From positions 645 through 64,644 of the forward strand of contig JBDNFB010000015.1 in the NCBI GenBank assembly GCA_041690055.1: a stretch of DNA of 64,000 nucleotides, written 5' to 3'. How positions within the stretch are numbered: the stretch's first letter is position 1; each line of letters opens with the position of its first letter. The notes beneath the pieces were generated by a model, which had not been told where the DNA came from, ran no database searches, and was given only the letters and a program-made list of their open reading frames with translations. Position numbers and translations under genes: made by a program. Positions 56,225-64,000 of this stretch are shown one piece after another. This stretch comes from Myxococcota bacterium. GTDB lineage: Bacteria > Myxococcota_A > UBA9160 > UBA4427.

Positions 56225-56860
56225 TTGATAACGCTTGCTCTATCAGCCTCGGTCGGTGCGCCCACTCAACGAGTCTGGCGTGCCCTTGTCGACCCCGCGG
56301 AACGGATCGCGTGGGATGATCGCGTCCTTGGCGAAATTTCTCCGGCCGCGGGAAAGCGGCACGGTCGGGGCGCTTCTCTTTATGGGAACGGGCCACGGGC
56401 GTCTCATAGGAACGGGCCACGGGCGTCTCATAGGAACGAGCCACGGGCGTCTCATAGGAACCAGCCACGGGCGTCTCATGGGACCGAGCCACGGGCGTCA
56501 AGGCCGTCTCGAAGTGTGGCCCAAGATGTGGCCGCGGAGCCGCTGCGCACGACTCGCTGGCGATTTCAGCTCGGCGGTGTGCCACTGGTCATGGTCGACC
56601 GTATCGTGGAGGCCCAACCCGGCGCGCGCTTGGTCAGTAAGATCGTGATCGGCTCAATGCAGTTCGAGCAAACGCTCACCCTGCATCCTGAGAATGACGA
56701 GACCGGCAACCACACGCGAGTCGGCATGAAGCTGGTGACGCAGAATTCGATCGTCGTGATTGGCGAAATTCTCCCTCGAGTCGACGTCCAGAAGATCATT
56801 ATGGAGTATATCGACACGACGCTCCGCCAGGTGCAAAAGCACTGCGAAGCCGACGCCTAA
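56225..56860 (+). CDS. SRPBCC (START/Bet v1-like) family protein interrupted by an in-frame octapeptide repeat
   Basis: N-terminus SASVGAPTQRVWRALVDPAERIAWD and a C-terminal beta-rich core, with (GPRASHRN)x5 inserted between them. TTG start. Confidence 0.65.
   Translation: MITLALSASVGAPTQRVWRALVDPAERIAWDDRVLGEISPAAGKRHGRGASLYGNGPRASHRNGPRASHRNEPRASHRNQPRASHGTEPRASRPSRSVAQDVAAEPLRTTRWRFQLGGVPLVMVDRIVEAQPGARLVSKIVIGSMQFEQTLTLHPENDETGNHTRVGMKLVTQNSIVVIGEILPRVDVQKIIMEYIDTTLRQVQKHCEADA
56384..56500. repeat. 24-bp tandem repeat GGGAACGGGCCACGGGCGTCTCAT x about 5
   Basis: Read directly from the sequence: units at 56384, 56408, 56432, 56456 and 56480, diverging at 1-3 positions each. Confidence 0.9.
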
Positions 56861-56891
56861 CACTTTCTAACATTCAATGAGCCACCGCGCC

Positions 56892-57932
56892 TTAAAGCAC
56901 GGCCTCCGCGAGCACTCGAAGCGCGTTCACATCATTCGTTCCGGCGAGCAAAGAACCCACATGCCGCTTCGACGATGCTTCCTTCCAAACCTGTAGTCGA
57001 TCGCGGATCCGGTCGGCCGAACCCACCAACGCTACCTCGTCCACCAGCGCGTCAGGCACCGCGGCCACGGCCTCAGCCTTCTTGCCACTCAGGAAGAGAT
57101 CCTGGATCTTCACCGCCGCCTCTTCGTAGCCGAGGCGCTTGGCGTAATCGTTGTAGAAGTTCTTGTCCCGCGCGCCCATGCCACCGATATACAGCGCCAT
57201 ATTTGCCTTCACCGGGATGCGGCATTTCTCAAGGTCATCGCCCATCACGACCGTGCAAAAAGGCGCCACGTCGAAGTTCTCAAGCGATTTGCCACCGCCT
57301 GCTTTCGCGAAACCGGACTCGAGCGAATCCTCCAGTACATCGTATCGCTCTGGATTCATCCAGATAGGGAAGACACCGTCGGCGACTTCCGCTGCACACT
57401 CGAGGCCATTCGGCGAAATCGAAGCCGTGTAGATCTGAAGATTCGGATCGCCATGAAGGATGCTCTTCAGGGGCTTGCCTAGGCCGCTTGCGCCCTCTCC
57501 GTGATACGGAATCTGATAGTGGAAGCCCTCGTGCTGAAGCTTCTCCTTTCGCTCGACGATCTGGCGGATGATCGAAATGTATTCCTTGGTCCGAGTGAGC
57601 GGTCGTCCGTACGGCACGCCGTGCCATCCCTCGACCACTTGCGGTCCCGATGGACCGAGGCCCAGAATGAAGCGGCCCTTAGAAAGGGAGCAGAGCGTCA
57701 TCGCCGTCATGGCCGCCATCGCGGGCGTGCGCCCGGGCATCTGCATGATCGCCGTACCGACCTTGATCTTGGTCGTCTGCGCCAGGATCCAAGCAGCCGG
57801 AGAAACGGCATCCGAGCCCCAGGCCTCCGACGTCCAAACCGAGGAGAACCCAAGCTTCTCCGCTTCGAGAATCATCTCCATCGGAACACTCATCGTCGCA
57901 GGCGAGTAGCCTGCAATAATTCCCAGCTTCAT
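56892..57932 (-). CDS. LLM-class (luciferase-like) flavin/F420-dependent oxidoreductase
   Basis: N-terminus MKLGIIAGY...[17 protein letters not shown], with a TIM-barrel LLM pattern throughout. Confidence 0.8.
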   Translation of the reverse strand: MKLGIIAGYSPATMSVPMEMILEAEKLGFSSVWTSEAWGSDAVSPAAWILAQTTKIKVGTAIMQMPGRTPAMAAMTAMTLCSLSKGRFILGLGPSGPQVVEGWHGVPYGRPLTRTKEYISIIRQIVERKEKLQHEGFHYQIPYHGEGASGLGKPLKSILHGDPNLQIYTASISPNGLECAAEVADGVFPIWMNPERYDVLEDSLESGFAKAGGGKSLENFDVAPFCTVVMGDDLEKCRIPVKANMALYIGGMGARDKNFYNDYAKRLGYEEAAVKIQDLFLSGKKAEAVAAVPDALVDEVALVGSADRIRDRLQVWKEASSKRHVGSLLAGTNDVNALRVLAEAVL

Positions 57933-58112
57933 CTTCGTTCTCCTTTTTCCTGATCTGACGTGCGGCTGCAGTCTAATTCGGGCGCCGGTCCGCGGCTATC
58001 GCGGACGCAAGACTGCGGGTCCTGCTGCGAAGCCGCGCTCACGGGGCGAGGTCGGCAGGCGGACGGGCCTGGGCGGCGGGCGGACGTTACCGGGAGGGAT
58101 CCAACTGCTGGA

Positions 58113-60656
58113 TCAGCCCGCCGCGCCCACGCCGGACGCCTCCGGCGCGACCAAAGGCAGGTCGATCTGAAACGTAGTTCCCTCACCGGGCGCCGAATGA
58201 ATCTGAATTCGCCCCCCGTGGCGCTCGATAATGCCGTGCGAGAGGGAGAGGCCGAGACCCGTTCCCTTGCCGACCTCTTTCGTCGTGAAGAACGGGTCAA
58301 AAATTCGCAGCTGTACATCGGGCGGAATGCCGGGCCCCGTATCCTCAAATTCGAGCCGCACTCCGGTCTCGCTCACAGCCGTCCGGATCGTAATCGTGCC
58401 GCCCTCTTCGAGAACATCGCACGCATTCATCAAGAGATTCAGGAAGACCTGATTCAGCTGGCCCGGGTAGCACCGCACTTCCGGCAGCGGCCGATATTCC
58501 TTCACGACTTTGATCCCGCCCTTAAGTCGCGGCTCCATCAGAGCCAGGGTGCGATCGATCTCTTCCGTCAGCTGCGCCGATTGAAGGTCAGCTTGGTCCA
58601 TCCGCGAGAACGTCCGCAGATCCTGCACGATCTGCTTCACCCGTTCGGTGCCCTCGCGACTCCGCGTCAGCAGCTTCGTGATCGCTTCGCGAATCTGGGT
58701 GGCGTCCTGACCCGTTTCCTGCGCGACCTCGAGCTTTTCAATGAACTCGTCGAGGAGCTGGAGATTCGCATGTACGAATCCGATCGGGTTATTCAGCTCG
58801 TGCGCAACGCCCGCAACCAGCTGGCCCAGGCTCTTCAGCTTCTCACTCTGCATGAGCTGAGTCTGCGTCTCTTGAAGCTCGCGCGTCCGCTCATCCACGC
58901 GCGCCTCCAGACTTTCATTCAGCTTTGCGATCTCGTCGAAGGCCTTCGCGTTTTCGATCGCAATCGAACTCTGATTTGCGAGCGTGCGCAGTAACTGGCG
59001 ATCATCGCCCGCCAGCCTTTCGCCGGACATTTTCCGACCCACTGCGATAACGCCTAACAAGTCCACGCCAAAAAGGATAGGGACAAGAAGCTCGACTTCC
59101 AGCGTGTCGTAGATATCCCAACAGCTCTCGCGCTTCTCCGGATCCGGTTCATCATCGAAGTCAGCCCTAGAGAGCTCTTCGCGACGCATCCAGAGATGTT
59201 TCCAGATCGGATGGTCGGACGGGATTTCGATGCCGACATCCACCTGGTCCCAATCGCCACGCCAAGCAGACGCGCGAAGAACCCGATCGTTATCGTCGAA
59301 GAGGAGCACCATCGCCCGGGACACGCCCATCGTATCCGTCACGGCCAAAAGGATTCGGTCGCCGATCTCTCCGAGCGAAAGCATCGACACCATCGCTTCC
59401 GAGATTTCCCGCACCGCCAGGCGATACCGCGACCGATCCCGATCGAAAAAGTTATCGACGAATCCCTGCATCCGTTCGCGCAAAGGATTAAAGGCCAAGA
59501 TCGCAAGAAAGAGCAGAACGACCTGCACACTCCGCACGTTCACGCCGTATCGCGAAACGAGTTCGTCCGCGAAGGTGATCATGAAAGCGAAGATGCCCGT
59601 GATGGCGAGGGTCGCTGCGCCGTAGGCCGCCGAGGATCTCGCCGCGAGCCGAAACTCGAAGAGCTGCCGGCGCACCATGCCGTAACCCACCGCGACGGGA
59701 AAAAATCCGACCCAGAGCATCGCCACATACCAGGGCAGCGCCGTCGGCACGAACCATTCTGCAATCAGCGCAAGCAGCGCTGGCAAAAGGCTCACAAGTC
59801 CCGCAACGAGCATGAGATCCGCACGGTCGCCGCTGCCCGCATCACGTGCTTCGCGCCGCGCGAGGGCAAGTACGCCAATCGAAAGCAGTGAAAAGCCAAC
59901 ACCCAGAGTAAACGAGGTCCCCGCGATCATGGTCGGGGAAAGGTCCATCACGGACTGGGAAAGAACCGCGATCAAGAGGCCAAACGCGAGCGCGTAGGGA
60001 ACCAGTCGGATGCCGCGTCGCTTCGCGACCCAGCGCGGCTCCACGGGGAATGTGGTGAAGAGATGAAAGGTCGTCGCGCCGAGAAAGGGCAGCGTCACGA
60101 GCACACGGCTCGCTGCCCAAGGAATCAGATCGACTCGAATTGCCGTCGAGAGGAGGACGGACATCGTCGAGCAATAGAGCAAGAGGGCCCAGGCCTCGGA
60201 ACTCGCCTGGCGCGACCACCAGACCGCCATCGCCACAACGAGATAGAGCGAGCTCACAAGCAGCAGCCCTAGATGAAGCAGGACGTCGCTGGTCCTTTCA
60301 ACCTCTTCGATCGAAACCGGCTCCAGCGAGACGACCCGCTCCGTGCCGTCGGTCTTCAGAAAGAGGTAATCGTTCGCGACGCCTTCTACGAGATCGTGTT
60401 CCCACAGCACCTGGATCGCGGGCACGCCGCCCACACTCACCAGCTGGTCTCCGATCTTGATCCCCGCCGCAGCGGCGTTTTCGCTCACCGCATGCACGAC
60501 CGCGACACCCGAGATAATCGAAATGCGGACCGGCAAGAGCGGTCCGGGCAAGGGAGAGATCAGCGAATAGATGGACAATGCGATCGCGAGCAGCGCCCAG
60601 GCCGCCGCGATCGTTCCCGTTATTTGTCGCGTGCGCCTGCGAGCCATCGGAATCAT
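58113..60656 (-). CDS. sensor histidine kinase (N-terminal PDZ-like segment, multi-TM region, GAF, HisKA, HATPase_c)
   Basis: H-box [11 protein letters not shown] boxes NLLMNA, DTGPGIP and GTGLGLS, a GAF-like segment, and about 7 TM helices. Confidence 0.85.
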   Translation of the reverse strand: MIPMARRRTRQITGTIAAAWALLAIALSIYSLISPLPGPLLPVRISIISGVAVVHAVSENAAAAGIKIGDQLVSVGGVPAIQVLWEHDLVEGVANDYLFLKTDGTERVVSLEPVSIEEVERTSDVLLHLGLLLVSSLYLVVAMAVWWSRQASSEAWALLLYCSTMSVLLSTAIRVDLIPWAASRVLVTLPFLGATTFHLFTTFPVEPRWVAKRRGIRLVPYALAFGLLIAVLSQSVMDLSPTMIAGTSFTLGVGFSLLSIGVLALARREARDAGSGDRADLMLVAGLVSLLPALLALIAEWFVPTALPWYVAMLWVGFFPVAVGYGMVRRQLFEFRLAARSSAAYGAATLAITGIFAFMITFADELVSRYGVNVRSVQVVLLFLAILAFNPLRERMQGFVDNFFDRDRSRYRLAVREISEAMVSMLSLGEIGDRILLAVTDTMGVSRAMVLLFDDNDRVLRASAWRGDWDQVDVGIEIPSDHPIWKHLWMRREELSRADFDDEPDPEKRESCWDIYDTLEVELLVPILFGVDLLGVIAVGRKMSGERLAGDDRQLLRTLANQSSIAIENAKAFDEIAKLNESLEARVDERTRELQETQTQLMQSEKLKSLGQLVAGVAHELNNPIGFVHANLQLLDEFIEKLEVAQETGQDATQIREAITKLLTRSREGTERVKQIVQDLRTFSRMDQADLQSAQLTEEIDRTLALMEPRLKGGIKVVKEYRPLPEVRCYPGQLNQVFLNLLMNACDVLEEGGTITIRTAVSETGVRLEFEDTGPGIPPDVQLRIFDPFFTTKEVGKGTGLGLSLSHGIIERHGGRIQIHSAPGEGTTFQIDLPLVAPEASGVGAAG

Positions 60657-60723
60657 CAGCCGCTGATCCTAGCTCACGCTAGAAGGTCCGGTGATCACCC
60701 GGGCGGGCGAGCGAGCCGGCTCG

Positions 60724-61269
60724 CTAGCGAGCGGTCTGGAGATCCTTCTCGACACGCATCGCAGCCGGATCAATCGCCGCCGGCGGCGGGCCGTAATTGA
60801 AGCCGCGCGTATTCAGGACGACCCTACCGGGCTGTACCTCAGTCGCGGGCACTCCTGGCCCCGGGTAGTCGCGGGCCGCTTGGGGCTTGCGGCGCGCCTC
60901 GCTGGCGGCCTTTTTGCCGGCCACTGTGTTGGCCTTCGTGGCGGCTTTAGTGGCGGCTTTAGTGTCGGCTTTAGTGTCGGCCTTAGTGTCGGCCTTCGCC
61001 TTGATGGACGCCTTCTTCGATTCGGGCGGCATCTGAGCGACCGCCTTCTGGCGTTGCGCCTCAACGTGCTGGGGATCGACGCTCATCAGCGCTTGACCGT
61101 CCGCTTTCACGGTCCGTACGCCCGTCGACATCAAGAGCAGACTGGCGATCAAGCAAGCCAGACCGACGATATCCGCCCAGGTTCGGGTCGGACGCGAGGC
61201 AGCACCGTCACCGTCGGGCGAGGGCGAGGGCGAGGGCGAGGGCGCACTCTGATCGGATTCAAGCTTCAT
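60724..61269 (-). CDS. single-pass membrane hypothetical protein with repeat-encoded (SP)n and (KADT/KAAT)n tracts
   Basis: GGGAGG Shine-Dalgarno before ATG 61269. TM helix IVGLACLIASLLLM. Lies directly upstream of the kinase on the same strand. Confidence 0.5.
   Translation of the reverse strand: MKLESDQSAPSPSPSPSPDGDGAASRPTRTWADIVGLACLIASLLLMSTGVRTVKADGQALMSVDPQHVEAQRQKAVAQMPPESKKASIKAKADTKADTKADTKAATKAATKANTVAGKKAASEARRKPQAARDYPGPGVPATEVQPGRVVLNTRGFNYGPPPAAIDPAAMRVEKDLQTAR
60929..61000. repeat. 12-bp tandem repeat [GT]CGGC[TC]TTAGTG x6
   Basis: Read directly from the sequence. It encodes KADTKADTKADTKAATKAATKA. Confidence 0.9.
61216..61245. repeat. hexamer repeat (GGGCGA)x4-5
   Basis: Read directly from the sequence. 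It encodes SPSPSPSPSP near the N-terminus of the same ORF. Confidence 0.9.
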
Positions 61270-61463
61270 GAGACACAGCCTCCCGCGCGAGGCGCGTTGG
61301 GGCGGCCTAAAAGCCCATCCCTTTTCGCCCGGGAATTGCTCAGCCACCGGCAAGAATATCGGCAAAGGCAGCAAAATCCTTGAGGTCAGCCATTACATCT
61401 GCGGGTCGAACTCGACTCTCCCGTCGCCGCATCCGGGGAGCGCGGCCCGAGACGGCCTTGGCG

Positions 61464-62240
61464 CTAAATGCCGGAGCCGTCCGCCTCTTCCTGGACGTGC
61501 AGGCCGCATTCCTTGACCCCGTCCTGCTCCCACCACCAGCGCCCGGCGCGCGCGTCTTCGCCCGGCATGATCGCCCGCGTGCACGGCTCGCATCCAATGG
61601 AGGGGAAGCCCTCGTTATGGAGACGGTGGATCGGGACCTTATGCTCGGCCACATATTCGAGCACCTGCTGATGCGTCCAGTCCGCCAAGGGGCTGATCTT
61701 TACGAGACCACCATGGGTCGGATCGACGGCCACCTTTCGGGTATCGGCGCGATTGAGATTCTGATCCCTGCGCAAACCCGTGATATAGGCATCGAATCCG
61801 GCCAGATGGCGCCGCATCGGCTCGACCTTCCGCACGCCGCAGCACGCCTTTCGATTCTCGATGGATTCGTAAAAGCCGTTCATACCTTTCTCAAGGACGA
61901 GCTGCTCGACGGATTCGGCGTTCGGAAAAACCACCTCGACCTGCTTGTCGTAACGATCACGAACGCGGTCGATCAGGTCATAGGTCGCGGAATGCATGCG
62001 CCCGGTATCGAGGACGAAGACGCGGGTCGCGGGATCGACCTTATGCAGCATATCGATCAGAACCATGCCTTCAGGCGCACCGAACGAAGCCGAAAGCGTG
62101 AGACGCGGATGGAATTTCCCGACTGCCCAAGTCAGGATTTCTTCCGTCGTCGCCGATTCGAATTCGTCGCTTCGAATCAACTCTAAAACCTCGTATTTGA
62201 AAGGTTTTCCATCAAGTGCATCCACTGAAAGCAAGGCCAT
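61464..62240 (-). CDS. cysH: adenylyl-sulfate (APS)/PAPS reductase, thioredoxin-dependent, Fe-S type
   Basis: The Cys pairs KACCG and GCEPC (typical of the Fe-S APS-reductase subclass) and the catalytic C-terminal KECGLH. Confidence 0.85.
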   Translation of the reverse strand: MALLSVDALDGKPFKYEVLELIRSDEFESATTEEILTWAVGKFHPRLTLSASFGAPEGMVLIDMLHKVDPATRVFVLDTGRMHSATYDLIDRVRDRYDKQVEVVFPNAESVEQLVLEKGMNGFYESIENRKACCGVRKVEPMRRHLAGFDAYITGLRRDQNLNRADTRKVAVDPTHGGLVKISPLADWTHQQVLEYVAEHKVPIHRLHNEGFPSIGCEPCTRAIMPGEDARAGRWWWEQDGVKECGLHVQEEADGSGI

Positions 62241-62366
62241 ACGAGTTCCTGGAGTCCGTGGGTGCGCTTAGAGGGAGGGTTGAATCGGAAGAAATCCACC
62301 GCACCAGAACGGTGCTTGAGTACTACAGGCCGAAATAAGATTCAAATTTCCGACTATTTAGGTCGT

Positions 62367-62690
62367 TTATTCGGAATCTTCCTCGCGTCGCATTCCGAGA
62401 TGCGAATGCACCGCTTCGACCTTGTCCTGCATTCGGACACTCGGACGATCCCGCCGCTCGTCCATCTTAATCACCGTTCCGACCCGCTCGGCCCCAGCCG
62501 CAAAGACGGCCTCCTGCATCGCGCGGATCGCCTCGAACACATCCTCGCTTTCTCCTTCGAGCGTCGTAAACATCGAGTCCAGCTGCCAACGCACGCGGTC
62601 CTGGGCCTCAAGGACCTTTACCGCAGCGGCGACGTAGGCAGAAACAGAAATCCCTACTCCGAGGGGCGAGATACTGACGGCGGCAATCAT
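62367..62690 (-). CDS. MTH1187/YkoF family thiamine-binding protein (DUF77)
   Basis: MIAAVSISPLGVGISVSAYVAAAVKVL.. and the ferredoxin-like pattern. ATGA overlap with the folK stop, so the start is set at 62690. Confidence 0.7.
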   Translation of the reverse strand: MIAAVSISPLGVGISVSAYVAAAVKVLEAQDRVRWQLDSMFTTLEGESEDVFEAIRAMQEAVFAAGAERVGTVIKMDERRDRPSVRMQDKVEAVHSHLGMRREEDSE

Positions 62691-63292
62691 GATGGCGGGA
62701 GCATACGCAGCAAATCGGCGCTCTGCGTGCTTCCCGGCCAACCCGCTGGACGTGCGAAGGAGCGAACGCCGTCCCGCTCGGCCTCGGGAAGCTCGCGCAG
62801 AATGCGTTCAACATTGAGACCCAACACGGGATGTACGTAATCGGGGGCCAAGGCGGCCATGGGCCGCATCACGAACGCCCGCAAATGAGCCCGCGGATGC
62901 GGCACGACAAGCTCTCGGCGATCGATGCATCGATCGCCGAAAAAGATCAGATCCAGATCCAGCGTCCGCGCATCCCAGCGCACCGCGCCCGCGCCGCGGT
63001 CCCGCCCCATGGCGAGTTCTGTGGCTTGCAGCCGCTCGAGCAACTCGCCCGGCGAGAGCCATGACCGCAGTTCGAGCATCGCGTTCAAGTACGCACCCTG
63101 ACCGGCGGGCCCAATCGGGTCGGTTTCGAAAACGGGCGAGGCTGCCTGGAGCACGAGATCGACCGCCGACTCAAGCGCCCGAATCGTCTGCGAAAGGACG
63201 CGCTCGCGGTCTCCCAAATTGGCGCCGACGGCGACATAGACGATCTCGCCTCCTGCTCGCATTGCGGTCTCCCTCCCTTTTGCCTGCACCAC
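62687..63292 (-). CDS. folK: 2-amino-4-hydroxy-6-hydroxymethyldihydropterin diphosphokinase
   Basis: VYVAVGANLGD, SPVFETDPIG, RTLDLDLIFFGD and VPHPR motifs. The start may instead be at 63262. Confidence 0.85.
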   Translation of the reverse strand: MVQAKGRETAMRAGGEIVYVAVGANLGDRERVLSQTIRALESAVDLVLQAASPVFETDPIGPAGQGAYLNAMLELRSWLSPGELLERLQATELAMGRDRGAGAVRWDARTLDLDLIFFGDRCIDRRELVVPHPRAHLRAFVMRPMAALAPDYVHPVLGLNVERILRELPEAERDGVRSFARPAGWPGSTQSADLLRMLPPS

Positions 63293-63396
63293 TGCGACGA
63301 CGAGCCGCCCGGCACAGATAGAATAGTCCTTTGTCAGCGCCTTCGTCGCGCCCGTCCCACCGCGTCCGCGCGCAGAGGCCCTACACTGCTTTCATC

Positions 63397-64000
63397 ATGA
63401 GTTCTCCGTACGAATCCAGTTCCGCAGCACCCGTCCGCCTCGCCGAGCCGCCGGAAACCGAGCCGCCTGCCCTCGTCTCGGCGATTCCCGGACCGGAGTC
63501 CCGCGCGCTCGCCGCACGCCTGGCTGCTGTCGAAAGACGCAATGTCACCGCCCTCGACCCGCTGCCGATCTTCTGGGAGCGCGCCGTTCATGCAAATCTC
63601 TGGGACGTCGATGGAAACCGTTTCGTCGACCTTACCGCCGCGTTCGGCGTCGCCAATGTCGGGCATGCGCATCCCGAAGTCGTGCACGCGATTTCAAGCC
63701 AAGCGAGTTCCCTGCTGCACGGCATGGGAGATGTCCATCCACCCCGCGTAAAAGTCGAACTGCTCGAACGCCTCGCGGGAATTTATCCGCGCGGCGGGGC
63801 AAGCGAGGCGCCGAGCGTCCGCACCGTACTTTCCTCCTCCGGTTCCGACGCAGTCGAGACAGCGCTCAAGACCGCAATGCTCGCCACCGGGCAAGCAGGC
63901 GTGATCGCCTTCGAAGGCGCCTATCACGGCCTTTCTTTTGGTGCGCTCGACTGCACCTGGCGCGAAGATTTTCGCAAGCCGTTCAACGCGCGCCTCGCGA
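63397..64000 (+). CDS. class-III (GabT/ArgD-like) aminotransferase, 5' part; the gene runs off the right edge
   Basis: My own translation from ATG 63397: ..IPGPESRALAARL..DVDGNRFVDLTAAFGVANVGHAHPEV..SGSDAVETALK..FEGAYHG. It is absent from the track because the ORF is open-ended. Confidence 0.75.
   Translation, partial: MSSPYESSSAAPVRLAEPPETEPPALVSAIPGPESRALAARLAAVERRNVTALDPLPIFWERAVHANLWDVDGNRFVDLTAAFGVANVGHAHPEVVHAISSQASSLLHGMGDVHPPRVKVELLERLAGIYPRGGASEAPSVRTVLSSSGSDAVETALKTAMLATGQAGVIAFEGAYHGLSFGALDCTWREDFRKPFNARLA

Overview
This is a GC-rich, densely coding bacterial chromosomal segment with about 58 protein genes. I found no rRNA, tRNA, CRISPR array, transposase or integrase. Gene content looks mostly core or housekeeping, with a Myxococcota/Bdellovibrionota-like flavour; that taxonomic guess is inference only.

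Main blocks, left to right:
- GST plus a Zn-ADH fragment, YqgE, and a CPBP protease.
- A tandem-PilZ protein and an orphan type IVa pilin with a textbook sigma-54 promoter.
- A PBP transpeptidase, a NifU-like protein, and an orphan Toprim/DUF4435-like protein.
- A NarL-type response regulator, RlmD, and modABC.
- A CorC transporter and a PAS-GGDEF-EAL protein.
- A MoaD-like / aldehyde:ferredoxin oxidoreductase / MoeA / MoeA-PBP cluster.
- ApaH, FAH, DHH phosphoesterase, PCD, a Tat/Fe-S aldo-keto reductase, MaoC, NadE, and an APH-like kinase.
- A cold-shock-domain protein with an RGG linker, and a PheC-like/chorismate mutase fusion.
- A queuosine-salvage protein, DagK, and aconitase.
- An M20 peptidase, MlaC/MlaA next to an SPT-like alpha-oxoamine synthase, a DUF815 ATPase, and a Nudix hydrolase.
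- A 72-aa histone-fold-like protein with a lysine-rich tail.
- CBS-GGDEF, SRPBCC, an LLM oxidoreductase, a GAF histidine kinase, CysH, FolK, and a class-III aminotransferase fragment.

I could not identify a convincing novel multi-gene system. The three observations most worth follow-up are:
1. The tailed bacterial histone-like gene with strong expression signals.
2. A recurrent pattern of young 12-bp-period (and 24/36-bp) tandem repeats at protein termini and in intergenic DNA, plus one 11-bp-period array in the AOR 3' UTR.
3. An orphan AriB-like Toprim protein.

All family assignments come from motif reading and remembered sequences, not database searches. Start codons are approximate. Many long ORFs in the supplied track are antisense shadows typical of high-GC DNA.
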